Source: Bugula neritina (Eukaryota; Animalia; Bryozoa). Taken from it: a DNA stretch of 64,000 nt. The position numbers and the translations under genes are program-made. Where the stretch lies: NCBI GenBank assembly GCA_964035545.1, contig OZ037768.1:12967675-13031674 (forward strand), read 5' to 3'. This document shows positions 12,447-26,060 of this stretch, piece by piece. The notes under the pieces are model-generated. The model ran no database searches, was not told the DNA's origin, and saw only the letters and a list, made by a program, of their open reading frames with translations. The stretch's first letter is position 1. The number at the start of each line of letters is the position of its first letter.

Positions 12447-12992
12447 AGTCGACATAACAGGTTATGACGAAGCCAAGACTTGTGAACATGTTGGCACATT
12501 CTTCTTAAATCATGTGACCAGTAAGAACGTCCCAGCTCCGGTTCACACCAAAACTAAGACTCAGGAGTTTTGAGAGCTACACCTAAAACTATTGAAACTA
12601 CAGAGAAAGACATACACAACATTTTTAAACAGCATGGTTTAAGAATCGCAATTAAGGCAAATAAAAGAGCAGTAACTTCTTTTAGATATTTACCTCAATC
12701 TCACAAACCAAATATACAAACCATACAACAAACCAAACAACATTCTCACATACCTGTATGCAAAAGCAAATCATTCACTATAGATTCTCCAAAACAAATC
12801 AGAATCTATAAACAGACGACTCTCATCCATCTCGTTTAATTCTGCTACATTCAGCAACAATGCAATCACCTATCAAGAATCACTCTTCAAAAGCGAACAC
12901 AATCACAAACTAGAATTTTATAAACCTAGAGCAAGCCCCAAGGAGCCGAATCGTTATTATAAGAGGAAAATAACATGTTTCAACCCCCCCCC
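12447..12992 (+). mobile_element. Penelope-like retroelement RT fragment (decayed)
   Basis: Frameshifted translation gives GYDEAKTCEHVG, IFKQHGLRIAI, FLDIYLNL..YKPYNKPNN, INRRLSSIS, YQESL and KITCFNPP, typical PLE RT/thumb motifs. Confidence 0.8.
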
Positions 12993-15900
12993 ACGCTCCC
13001 CCCTCCCCCTTTCTTTCAGTAGAAACATAGTGAACAACATGAGCAAGATTGTTTGTGATAAGTTCCCTGCATAATGCTGCATAAAAGCCATAATCTATCA
13101 AACAAAGGTCAACAATAATAGCAATGCAGCAACAGAAACATATCTGGTTCATTTTACTTAATCTAGTACACACTGAAAATCTCCAGTTTTTAGCTATTTT
13201 TTATAATTTAGCTGCTAATGAACATGGGTTTTTGCCCAAAACTAGTAAAATATAAATGAATGCACACCTAAATAGTTAAGGTTCTTCTTAATTTTGCTTG
13301 ATTTCCCATGTTTTTTTCTAATTATTCAGCTCCTTTTCATTTTGGAGAGTTTTTTTTTCATAACACTCTGCAAAAAATGTTTCTATATCAAGACTTTGTG
13401 CTGATTCTGAATTTGCAAACTCTAAAATTGTAGATCTACCCATGCTAGAGTTATTGAGTAAAACAAGTATAAATTATGAGCACATAATATTGTAGCCTAC
13501 AATATACGTAGCATCAATTATTAACTATAGCTGTCTATAAACAATAATATTTTGTCGGATATGAAAGTAGATTGCTTCGTTTTTAAATTCTACACGGAAT
13601 ATAAATTTATAGATTGCAAAACACTATATTTTTTCTTATTCAAAATGAAGTTTTCAATAGAAATGCATGTCCGCTATATAATATGATCATGACACATAAT
13701 AACATTTGACAGAAGCATTTGTAATAATTATATAAAAGAAGCTAGTTATGTAAGATAGAAAGTATTTTATGTGAACGAGTCAAAGAATTAAATATTTAAA
13801 AGCAATATCATGGATGCATACATGTTGAAATCTTTTTAGCATCTTTTAACTCAGTCTTCTGTTGATTTGACAGTAATCTTTAAATGTAATATCTGCAATT
13901 AAGGAAGGAGATAATAGCAAAGCTTAGAGTTTTTCCTTTGAAAATATTATAGCTGAGCCAAACAAATTTTAACTTCCAAGTGATAATTAAAATAAATACT
14001 ACAAAGAGTATGCATTTTAACCAAGAACATTGTTTTGAAAATACTGTTTATATAATATATTGTTCAATTTAAGTCTGTTGGTAAATGTCAACGAACACAT
14101 AACAAAACTAGCCACTAAGATTACTTGTTTTATTGGTTTAGTTTGACAAATACAACGTTTTGCCGTTATGTTTTTGGATACAATTTCACTAAATAGATTG
14201 ACATTATACGTTATACACAAATAATATTATACAACTACTTTCTTTGAGGAAGCAACTCCCAAGTTTCCTTACAAATGCTCATATGCTGGTTGCTACCAAC
14301 ACGCTTAGAGGATCCTATATTATGTATCAAGTCAAGATGTGTCAAGCAGAGAGTTTTTAATAATTCAAATGACTTTTGTCAAAGTAACAAGGTAATTAAC
14401 GTTTGACAACTTAAACAACACAGACAAATTAATTCTAATAACTTCTTGTTAGAAAAAGTATGCTAATAGTTTTTAAAACTTTCTGTCACTAATGGCTGTT
14501 TGGCAAGTTTCTATAATAATCATATTTATTCATTACTGGTTTGTGGTAAAATGTATAATCAGTGTGGTTGACTATGCATATCAACATTACATGCACCAGG
14601 GATCTATGTGGAATACTTAATCAACAACAAAGTATGTTTTGGTGTAAACTTTATATGTGTGTATTGAAGGAGAAAAATAACTTTACCCCCAAAAATATTG
14701 GCACAGAATATCACACACTAAATTGCTGCAATATAACATACAAGTGTAATTACACAAAATCGCTTGCGATAGACAAATATAGGTTGTATGTTGGAGCAAG
14801 CAGTATACACTCAACAAGTATTTAGAAATAAACATTAGGTAGGCACGTGAAAATAATTTTAAATTAGGATGCTTTAGTAATTTCACGCTAGTCGGTAGTC
14901 TAATATAGTTTTAAAGCTCCTGACGTTGAAGAATAAAAATCAAAATAACAACATGATGGCTGGAAAAAGCATTGAAGTCTAAAGCATTGAATAAAGCACA
15001 CTTCATTTTAAATAACAAAAGCTAGTTCGAGAGCCAAGAACTTATTCTTTTCCAATGCAACATAATAAATATTTATATATAGCAGTTAATGATAATAATG
15101 TCTTTTATATAGTTTTCTGTAGTTTTTATATAATAGTTTTTCAAATTTCAGAAGGCAGAAGTATTTTCCCTTTCGCTTTTGAGACCAAAGCAAAGTGTTT
15201 ATACACCTTTGATGTTACAATTCTTGTGAATTTCATTTCTTCTATTCTGTCCAAAGTCTCAAAGCCTAAAAAACACATAATACTAGATTTATTAGATTTA
15301 TCCTGCATAATTATTTTTTTTGTGATGCTTTGATAAAATTCAACAACTTAGTATTTCGATCTAAGTAAAAAAGAAATAAAATAAAAAACAAAACTATAAA
15401 ACAGAAATTTTTTTACAGGTTGTCAGTAACTCAAAATTAGCAAAATCATAGATTAAGGACCAAGGTTACTTGCCATAGAGGCTCTCATTTTCTGTTTGTA
15501 GCGCATCATTGGTCAACTGTTTATGTTCCTGCCATGTTACACCATCATCACTTGCAATGACAATGGTTTCCTGTTCATCTTGACTAGCAGCAACATCTAT
15601 TATGACAGGGCTAAAAAGGAAAAACACAGGTGCAATTTTTAGAAAACAGTTATACTTTTTACATGTACTGTGTTTGAATAAAGATGTAATAAATTTTAAT
15701 GAAAACATGAAAAAGTAATAAAAATGGGAAAAAAATTGATTTCTTTCCTACAAAACTAAATGAATGAAAGCTTACCCAATAAAGGTGGCACAAGCAGGTT
15801 CTAGAGAGAGAATGGGGAAGATGAGTGTTTCGCCCTTTGGAAGAGAGGGCATCACTCCTTTCTCAAGGAGACGGCACACAATTCTCGTAGGTCCGGTTGC

Positions 15901-16589
15901 CACACCGGCTGGAATAAAAATCGGACTTTCTCTCGGCATCCTTGGAAAAGTCCTCCTCTGACGTCTACCAGAAAACTGATGCGGAATCTAAAGTGAGAAG
16001 CATATAATATGTCAACACAGTTAATAATTAAGTAGCTAGTAATTCATTTATGTGTGCATGTGTGCGTGTGTGCGTGTGTGCGTGTGGGTGTGTGTTGTTA
16101 TTGCAGTAGCAGTTTTCCTACATATAAAAATGCTTCTACTTCAACTATTAAAACAAACCCAATAAAACTGAAGTAATGTTTGGCAACAGTTTTAACTGCA
16201 ACAATTCTTCCAAGTCAGTTATCATTACCTTTTCAATTTGAGCTTCTCACTACAAATAAAAAAGAAAAAACTGATTTTATATAACAAATTTACAAAATGT
16301 CTTCCGTAAACCGCTTTTGAACTACATACAGCCAAAGAATGAGAAACATGCTCATTGCATTTCTTGTCTACATAATATATAGAAAAAATATGTCAAATTT
16401 GTTCATATATAGTTGGGTACATATACTAAACGTACTTAGTATTTCTAAGGTTTTCATTTTTCAATGAATTGTCAGAGTTTAGATCCTTCTGAGAATGAGG
16501 TGCGCTGTGGGCCTCCTTACAAGTCTTTCTCTTTTTCGGTGTAAAGACACTCTTGCAGTTCAAACCTAAAATGAATAGAATACATTACT

Positions 16590-16676
16590 AGTGTGTGTGC
16601 GTGTGTGCGTGTGTGCGTGCGTGCGTGCGTGTGTGCGTGTGTGCGTGTGTGCGTGTGTGCGTGTGTGCGTGTGTGT

Positions 16677-16770
<94 letters not shown>
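16590..16770. repeat. (GT)n/(GCGT)n microsatellite
   Basis: Directly visible; explains the HT/VC low-complexity ORFs. Confidence 0.97.
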
Positions 16771-16773
<3 letters not shown>

Positions 16774-16833
16774 AGTCTGTGCATGTGCAGGTACGTAAGG
16801 AATTGATACTGTATCAATTATGAATATTGACTG

Positions 16834-16836
<3 letters not shown>

Positions 16837-16924
<88 letters not shown>

Positions 16925-16948
16925 TATATATATGAATATATATATATA
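16837..16948. repeat. (TA)n microsatellite
   Basis: Directly visible. Confidence 0.97.
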
Positions 16949-19524
16949 TTTACATGTTTTAAGAGTAAAAATATTGCTGGTAATTAACTAGGCCTCTAAC
17001 TATGCGTTCGTGAAATAAAATTAGCTGTGGGTTTTACCATTATGCATAGCTATAAATTAATAATAATCAATTCGAAAAATTCCCAACAATTTAATACTGC
17101 AAATAATTGCCAGTATGAAAAACAGTAATTGGTAAGTTTTTATTACCAGCAGAGGCGATGCTACGTAAAGCTCGCCTGACTTTCGATGTACGAGGTTTTG
17201 TCTTAACGCTCTGCATGCCATACACCTACAAGGAAACTATTGCATTGCTATTGTACAATCACACTAAATATACGTTTTCATGGATAGACACTTTAATAGG
17301 CGTTTATAATATACACGCAATAATGATATAATGTACTGCAAACACACTAACTCAATTCTCCTAATGCTGTGACCAACTTACCAAGTGAACAGTGCCTAAC
17401 TACAGAACCAGTAACTATAAAAGGGCTTAAATAAACAGAATAATTGAAAAGTTATTATCCTTTTGGAAGTTACATTGATTTACATAAAGTTACCGTCTTG
17501 TATATCTCAATGCTTAGCGAAACATGACCGATTTCTAGTAAATTACTCCAAATATTTTAAAGCTCTATCTAAGTTCAGTTGGTATCTGTAACTTTCATTG
17601 ATGTTATATTTACCAGATAGCTGACTCAATGAATCAATAATTGACCAAAAACAAAATTGACAAGCATTGGAAAAACGCTTATATCAAAATGAGTAAAAAT
17701 GATGCACTTTTAGCTCGTGACTTAGCAGTAGACTGTGATCCAGATAAACACTAGACAGAGCCAGATTGACTACTGATTTCCTCACATGTGCAATCAGCTT
17801 GTGAGACAAAGTTTAGAAATGGTTTGATCAACTCATTGACTAATGACCCAGAAGATATTGTAGCAATGTTTTGCTGACACAAAATTAAATGTCAGACTAA
17901 GTCACTGTGAACACAAGCATAACACGCGTAATGAAATATGTTTAGTCCAGAAAAACTTACAACATTGAATACTACAATGTTTCGATGCTAATATCAAACT
18001 GTAGATGATTTATTAACAGATAATGTAAGGGCAATTTCTACTTCTGCTTCATGTTTTGACAGAGATTTTACCATATTTACCTGACCACTATGTCTGTCAC
18101 CATACTTCAAGAGAATTTCTGCTGTGAAAGCATGGTTTGTCTGCCTGCACAGGTGCATTGGGGTTAATCCGTCCTAAAATATACCATAGCAGTAGCAACT
18201 CAATCAAATATTCAATATTCAATACTCAAATAATATTTAATACGAAAAGCTTTCAATTTTATGTTTTCCACTTCATGATAAGGGTCATAGTTCATGATAA
18301 TAATCAGTTGGTATAACAGTTGCAGTTGTAACATTAATGGCACAGTCTGTGTTGTCACATAATTCTGGTAACTTGGAGTTATCTTTTTTTATATTTGTAG
18401 TTTCTCAACTTATGAGCTGAGTTAAAATAAAAGTTAACTTCCTCTTTGACAGATTCAGGACTTTGATTTATATCATTTATAAATAGAAACTAATTAACTA
18501 TTAATCACTTATAAAATAGATATCTGCTGAATAAAAAAGTAATGAAAGTTAGAATAAAGAAACTTAGAACAGCAAATGTTGAGATAGTATGCTGCCGCAC
18601 TGGCAGTTGATCACAAAAAGTAACTGTAACATCGCTAACTGTTCGGAATTGTAAGCTTACTTTGGTATAGCAGTTGGGACTAGCACCATTTTCCAACAGC
18701 ATCGATACAATATCACTGAGTCCATCCTTAGCCGCAATATGTAGCGGGGTGTACCCATCTTCCGACTCTGTGCTTACTCCTGCGCCATACTCAATCAGAG
18801 CACAGACGATATCCATGTCACCATGTTCCACAGCATAATGTAGAGGCGTGTAGCCATTCTGTAAACACAATTACCAGTAGCCATTTAGTAGACTTTATGA
18901 CTCATCAGAGATTAGAATAAAGAATATAATTACCAAGATGAAAGCATTATTGTTATGATTTCCAGAATTAGGGTTGATATGCTATCCAGAGAGTCTATTT
19001 ACTTGCTATAGAACTGCACCAGGATAAGTCGAGTGAACGAGTATATATTTTACACACAATAATACATTATAAAAACGATACAAATACATCTGACAATTGA
19101 CACATCTAGTCTATTCAGCACTCTAACTTCGACTGAGTTAGCAGCCGGAAACTATACTTGCTGCTAACTATTAAACACGCTAATTGGCTATCCATTGTTC
19201 CGGGTCAATTACGCGACCCTACATGTTGTGCTGCTAGTAGCTCCACGAGCCACCACACCGCCCCCACCAGCAGAAAGCCCTCTTTCTAATATAAAAAAAC
19301 GTTCATCATTAACCACATACATCAGTAGACCAAAGATACATAATAACAGACAGAGTCATTATAACAGCAAGTTACATACAATTGACCAGCTATAGAGGAG
19401 GAATACCGGCTAGCTGTGGTATTGGACAAGGAGTAGGCCTGTCGAGCAGTCAAGCATTTACACGACATTCTTGGGTCTCCCAAGAGGAAGAAGTTGTGGA
19501 TTATTCCGGGTAGCAGAACTAGAG

Positions 19525-20597
19525 TCAATGTTGGGCACGCCGGTGCTTGGCTTGGCATGTACGTAGTTTCCGTTTAATCCGGCCTACTGATCCCTTTAGT
19601 TGGAAGAGCCCCGTCGTAGTATTGAGCAGATCCGGTGCTAACTGGGTAAATTCTTCTTGTAGTCGGAGGAGGCGTTCCTCTACTGTGGCCAGGCGAGTGG
19701 GGTCTGGGGACGGTGTCCGTCTGCGGCGCAGAGGGGGACTGGGAGACCTGGTTCGTCTCTTCATCGGGATAGGGGAGACCTCTCCTTCTTCTGGATAGGC
19801 AAACTCCTCGGGGGTGTACGCAATCTGAGGGCGGTCAGACACCAATGGGGATTGTTGCCTGGCATAGTCTAATACGCGTTGGAAACCCGAGGTCAGGACG
19901 GCTAACAACATTGCCTTCTTTACTAGGGGCCGTATCAGAGTGAGGAATTCCGGATAGAGCTGGGCATCCACCACGTAATTCTCTCCAGAGAAACAGCTTG
20001 TCGCTCGATGTCTGGTGACGGGGTAGGGGTAGACATCATTGTATCCGCAGGGGCAGAATGTGAGTTGGAGATGGGCGTTGACATGTAGCTTCAAGGAGCG
20101 GTGAGAGGCACATTCTTCGCCACAAATCTGGCATCGCGTCCGTCCTCTGGACCCCCAGGCCGTTTCTATTTCCTCCTCTGTTTTTGGAGACACCCACCGC
20201 CAACGGCGGCGCAGTGGCTCGGGTCGGTCACCATTGGCATACTCCTCAGGATGCGGAGCGGGAAGTGCCCTATCCCGTACCCTGGTTGTAGCGGGTCGAG
20301 TGTAATCTGAAAAAGTTTGAGCAGTGTTAATACAGTACACTGCCGTGTTGTCAGCTTGAATAGCTTGGCAACTTCGCATTCAGTTACCTTGTAGAGATTT
20401 ATGGTAGTGAATAGTCAGATAGAACACGTATTGCAATGAGATTATAAAAATCTCTAAGTCAAACTGAGTTCTTACTACGGTATTTCACTAACCTATCTCC
20501 AGCTCGATTGACTCAGTGAGTCGGAGCTGAGCGATGCAATCTAGTTTCCATATTAAGATATAGTTAACTCACCCCACGATCTGTTGTCGTAAGACAT
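19525..20597 (-). CDS. ORF3 of C: spliced zinc-finger/coiled-coil protein (predicted 268 aa)
   Basis: Exon 1 20597-20573 (MSYDNRSW G|GTGAGT), 266-nt intron, acceptor TTTTTCAG|AT at 20306; CQIC-x12-HVNAH and CPC-x12-H-x4-C; coiled-coil tail; frame open. Confidence 0.75.
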
Positions 20598-20621
20598 ACT
20601 GAATGTGTGAAATGGTTTGAA

Positions 20622-23600
20622 CTACTGCTTAGAAATACGTCTACTCCTGACTGCATCAGCGTATGATAGGATCGAGCAACGTGGTTGGGGTGCGTGATTA
20701 AGACTTTGTGCACCCGGCGGATGAATTTTGTTTCTATTTCCGCCGATACAAAAGTTGATATTTTCGTGGTGTTGACAACTCCCACATTTGCTCGATACTT
20801 TTCTCGTACGGTTTTCCCCTAGACTTTCATACGCGCCGCTTCTAACGCAGTCGCATACGAAGTCCTTCAAGTATGCGGGGGGTTGCCTCGTACGCTGCCC
20901 CCTTTCTAGGGGGGGTGACACGCTCGCCGGTTCGTTAGTAGGGGCCTCTAATGGCGCCTCTACTTCACCGTTAGCGGTCACCTCTTCTTGTTCTCCGGAT
21001 GGAGCCCCTCCCTCCGTGGGGGTGTGCACTTCCGGAACCGGCTCGGTTTCTGGAAGTGATGGAATTAGACTTGGCGGTGGCGGACACGCTTCCGTTGGCA
21101 AAAGCTGTCGCTCCTCTTTCACCAAGTTTTCTTCCCGCGATATGACCACTTCATATTCAGGTCCATGCCGCCGTTGCCCGCGTGTTGTTGTCTGCCTCCT
21201 GGGCTCCAACAACGGGGGGGGGGGCTTCTCCCACCGCGTCGGGGCTAGCCCAATATGGTTTCAAGCGAGACTCATTCTGGATAGACACCTGTCCTGAGCG
21301 CTCAATCTTGTACGTATGATAGGGCATAGCCTCGACGACCACGTAGGGTCCTACGAACTTAGGCTTTAGTTTGTCAGCCTGTCCGCGACGCCTACGGTAA
21401 TTGACCATCCACACTTTATCTCCCGTTTGGTAGAGAGGTGGTTCATCGGAATCTTCGTGCCGCACCTTCCACTGCTGTTCGCGCAGTATATCGTGTGCGG
21501 CCTTCATCCGTTCCACTAGTTCACTGGCAAACTCGTGAACCGAGTTGTCTTGCTCTGGAACGTGGTAGGTAAGATGGTCAGGGACACGAGTCTCTCTCCC
21601 GAGCATCAAGAGGTTTGGGGTCTCACCAGTACGGGTGTGTGGGGTGCTACGGTATGCACGCATGACTTGCGGCAACACCGTATCCCATTCCTCTTGGCCT
21701 CGTCCGAGGAGGAGACTCCGGAGCGCATCACCTAGCATCCGGTTGTTGCGCTCCACCACCCCGTTACCTTGAGGGTGGTAGGGGGTGGTCCGGCTCTGAT
21801 TTACTCCCCAGAGGTGGCAAAGGTCGCTCATCAGTTGAGACTGGAATTGAGCGCCTTGATCAGAGTGTATCTGTTCGGGGAGACCAAAATAACAGAATAC
21901 ATGTTGGTCTAGTGCCCTGGCCACTGTTGGGGCTAGCCAGAGCATCCGCCCACCTAGTAAAGTGGTCGGTTAGTACTAAGATCCAACTATTGCCTCTGGG
22001 GGTCAGGGGCATGGGTCCGACCAGGTCTACAGCGACTGCTCGCCAGGGCCTTCCAGCATATAGCCTCCGCCGTCCCGCTTCACCAGAGGGACGGCTATGC
22101 TTACTGGCCTGGCAGATCTCACACTGTTTGACTCTGAGTCGGACGTCACGCTCCATTTGTGGCCAATACCACCGGAATCGTAATTTGGACATCACTCTCT
22201 TGACCCCTGCGTGGGCCTGTTTGTGAGTATCCCAAATCAACTCACGGCGGATGGCAGTGGGGCAGACTACCCTCTTCCTCTCTGGGTGTCTGCCGCTGGC
22301 GGCTAGAGAGATGGTTAGTAACCCATCCTGCCCGATCCGCAGCGAGTCCCAACGCTGACAGTATAGCCGGAACTCGGCGCATCCCTGTCGTATGCGTTCC
22401 TCGCTGGGTCGTCGCCCTTCGCTTTTGGCCCGATATATGTCTGTCACGACTCCAGGCAGCTCTCCTTGGAGCTTCTTCAGCTCTCGGACATTATCGGCCA
22501 GTACAGGGTTGGCGCGGAGGTTTTGTACAACCTCCGGGGACTCATCAACTTCCTGTCTGAGTTGACCCTGGTCCCAGTCAAACGGTGCTCCGTGGTGAGC
22601 CAGCGTCTCCAACTTGCATCGCGGGGGACCTCCATCCCTCCTCTCGATGTTGAGACACTGTTTGCAACCTCCGTCAGGTCGGCGACTCAACCCATCCACA
22701 TTGCTGTGTCTCTTGCCCGGTCGATGTTCGATCCGGTATGAGAATTCAGCTAGGATTTCGAGCCACCGGGCGACCTGACTAGAGGGCTCTGCTCTCTTGC
22801 ACAACCAGATCAGCGAGGCATGATCCGTACGCAGCCGAAACTTCCTGCCATATAGGTATGGTCTGAAGTGCTTCACTGACTTGATTACTGCCAGCAGCTC
22901 CTTGCGGGTAGTGCAGTAATTTCGTTCAGCGAGTGAGAGACTTGCTGTAGTAGGCTACTACTACCTCTCGGCCTTCCTGCACTTGTGACAGCACAGCGCC
23001 AACATTTTGGTCACTGGCGTCAGTGTCGAGGATGTACTCCAGAGTGGGGTCTGGGTAGGCCAAGATGGGCGCCGTTAGTAGGCAGCCCTTGAGGCGGTCG
23101 AACGCTCCTTGTTCGACTGGGGTCCACTGCCACGTCACTCCCTTTGCGGTGAGCCGGTTTAACGGCTGTGCTATGCCCGCAAAGTCTGGTATGTATTGTC
23201 TGTAATACCCTACCAGCCCCAAAAAAGCCTGGAGTCCGGTCAAGTCTTGGGGGGTGACCCAGTCTTCTATTGCCCGTACCTTCTTGGGATCCGTTGCCAC
23301 GCCGTTTCGACCGACAACGTGCCCCAGGTACTTAACCTCTGGCTGCAATAGAGCGCACTTAGAAGGTTTGAGCTTGAGACCGGCACCTCGGAGTCTCTCA
23401 AAGACTTCCTGCAGACGACTGACATGTGTCTCGAAGTCTGGGGAGATCACGATGACATCATCGAGGTAGATCAGCAGTGTCTTCCAATGGAGCCCGCTGA
23501 GGACTTGCTCCATCAGCCTCCGGAAGATGGCTGGGGCGGAGGTCAACCCGAAAGGCAACACCTTCCACTTCCACAAACCGTCCCGTGTGATAAACGCCGC

Positions 23601-25158
23601 CTTCTCCTGGGCGTCGGGACTCAGAGGGACTTGCCAATAGCCACTCAGCAAGTCTAACGTACTGAAGTACTTTCTGCCGGCTAGGGCGTCCAACGACTCC
23701 TCATTACGAGGTAGAGGGTAGGCGTCCTGTATGGTTACGCTATTGAGTTTGCGGTAATCCACACAGAACCGCCAACTGCCGTCTTTCTTCCGGACCAGTA
23801 CGACCGGCGAGCTCCACGCACTATGGGCGGGCTCTATCAGTCCCCGGTCCAGAAGATCCCGTACTTGTCGGCTAACCTCCTTCTCTTTCTCCGGCCCCAG
23901 CCTGCGCGTGGGCTGCCGGACAGGGACTGTCCCTGCAGTCAGCGATATTTCGTGTCTGACAATTCCAGTCAGTCCCACGTCATGATCTCCGCTGCTGAAC
24001 ACATCACCGTAGTTGCGTAGTAACTTCGCCATAACTTGGCGTTCTTTGTTACTCGCGCAGCCGCTACAGGCTGTGTCATACAACTCCCGGAGATGTGCTG
24101 GGACTGTCCCTCGCCCTTGAGTAGGGCACTGAGGGAGTGCCTCCGTCGCATCACCCAGCGACGGGCCTACGTCTTCCTCCTGAACAGAGTGAAAACGGCC
24201 CAGCATCGACCCAGCCGGAAGCTTGACAGACTCGGTAAAGGGGTTGACGCACTGCACTAAGATCTCCCCTTGCTCAGTCAGCTGATTCAGACTGCTGGCA
24301 AGTTGGATCTTTTCCTCCAGAGATCCGGCTATTGTTCACCCTGCAGTGAATGGTAGCCCGAGAGCGGCCTGGTATGGTACGGTTGCGTACCACTTACACA
24401 CCTCCCACTAAAAGACGGCCGAACTTGTCGACGCAGGCGAGTTCTCGCCCGGACATCATCATCGCAGATTTACTAAAATCGATGTGACATCCGTGCCGTT
24501 TTAGGAATGGCATCCCGAGGATGGCGTCCTCCTTGAGCTGACTGACGATGAACGTCTCTTGGATCGTTTGATCACGGACTCGTCCCGTCAGCTCAATTAT
24601 ACCATAGAAGGGAAGGCACGACCCGTCAGCTAGGGTGCCATACTCCCCCTCGTATGATTCCATCTCGCCCTTGACCCTAGCACTGAGGGTGTCGAAGAGT
24701 TGGCGGCTTAAGAGGTTCGTGGTACAGCCCGAATCAATGAGGAAAGTAACAGCCTTGCCTTCCAGTTTACCGGGTAAGAAATAGCTGTTCCTATGGGGCT
24801 GCACCTGAACTCTCCCTTCAGGCCTTACTCTCGCAGGGAGTACCTCCCTCGCTTTGGGTCGCGAAGGAGGTCTCTTGGGGCGGTGGTAAGTAGGCCTCGG
24901 GGGTGCCGAGGCTAGATTCCCGGCTACCTTTGTGGGCTCCCATCCAGATTCTTGGGCTTGTAGCCCTGTGAACCTGTTGTGAAGGGGCACGGAAAAGGTA
25001 GCGGCGGGGCGGAGCCCCTTGCTGGTCCGTCGTGGCTGTTGCCACGGTTGGTTACCAGTACGCGGTACCCGTCTGGGTGACCTGCGTTTCTTCTTCCCTG
25101 GAGGTTTCATCGTTGGCCCGCAGGAGGTGGGAACATCTGCGGGCCGCGGTAGTTTAAC
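20622..25158 (-). pseudogene. pol: Pol of C (PR, RT, RNase H, IN), disrupted
   Basis: LIDSGCTT, YLDD, DTDASD, DLVGP, SDQG, KFVGPY; stop at 24394 and frameshifts near 22930, 21930 and 21220. Confidence 0.95.
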
Positions 25159-26060
25159 CCCTGATTTAGGAAGGGACAGTATCTGCGGAAATGTCCTTGA
25201 TTTCCGCATTCCCAGCAAAAACTGACTGTTTCTCCCTGTGGCGGCGCCGGTGGCCGTACGGGCTCAGTGGCAGTACCTACTGGGGTTTGGGGTGTCAGTG
25301 TTGCTATCAGTTTGGCCAGCATGTCTGTCAGTTGAGTGACTTTCGATGCCGTCGCCAGCTGAGACACGGCAGCCGCAGCGGGGGTTTCCTCCCCTTGTCC
25401 CACGGCCGTGTCTGCGCGGTCTACCTCCACTTGACGGGAGCTCCCGCGACTTTTATGCATTTGATTAGCTAGGAGGTAAGCTTCCCCCTCAGTCAGAGCA
25501 CCTTCAACGGTGGTGACTCCCCTAGCTAAAAACTGGTGGTGGAGACCCAAATCGTCGACAGATGCTATGAAAGCGTCGAGGGTATACCTCTCGCGGTTGA
25601 CTGGGGGCAAGTCGCTGTATGCGATCTGTGCCAGCTTCATGACCGCGGCGGCGTGCTCCCGCAGCGGGGTGCGGGGATCACGCCGCAACCTCTGCAATCG
25701 GGCCCTGGCATCTGTAGCAGAGAGGCCGAAGCGGGCCCGCAGAGAAGCAAAGATATTATCAATGTCTACGCCCAGCCCATAAGGCTTGGCTTTGTCCATC
25801 AATGCCATTCTAAGCTTCAGCAGGGCCACCCTAGGGAGCCACTGGGCGACGTCCATTACGTCGCTAAACTCTTGGATAAATTGTTCCACCTCCTCTTCGC
25901 CCGTGAAGGTGGGCGCCTTTAACCGGTAGCGGTCTTCAGTTAGTTCTCGCGGAACCCTTCGCTCTTCTACTACATGGTTAACAGGCATTGTCTCTACAGC
26001 ATTGTCTCTACGCTCACCTTCTACTGCCGGTGGTTGCGTTCCAACATTTTCAGTCTCCAT
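25107..26060 (-). CDS. gag: Gag of C, with CCHC knuckle
   Basis: 317 aa; CWECGNQGHFRRYC. Confidence 0.92.
   Translation of the reverse strand: METENVGTQPPAVEGERRDNAVETMPVNHVVEERRVPRELTEDRYRLKAPTFTGEEEVEQFIQEFSDVMDVAQWLPRVALLKLRMALMDKAKPYGLGVDIDNIFASLRARFGLSATDARARLQRLRRDPRTPLREHAAAVMKLAQIAYSDLPPVNRERYTLDAFIASVDDLGLHHQFLARGVTTVEGALTEGEAYLLANQMHKSRGSSRQVEVDRADTAVGQGEETPAAAAVSQLATASKVTQLTDMLAKLIATLTPQTPVGTATEPVRPPAPPQGETVSFCWECGNQGHFRRYCPFLNQGLNYRGPQMFPPPAGQR

Noticed and set aside
16566-16823. HT-rich and VC-rich ORFs (also 46357-46800 and the YI-repeat ORF 50960-51190)
   Set aside because: Translations of (GT)n and (TA)n microsatellites
17380-18080. Candidate linker exons of the mini-ankyrin, including read-through GQVNMVKSLSKHEAEVE and a 33-nt micro-exon
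   Set aside because: No stop-free, phase-compatible path could be fixed by eye, so they are left unannotated
19525-20379. ORF3 as a retroviral env
   Set aside because: No signal peptide or transmembrane anchor; it has zinc-finger and coiled-coil motifs instead
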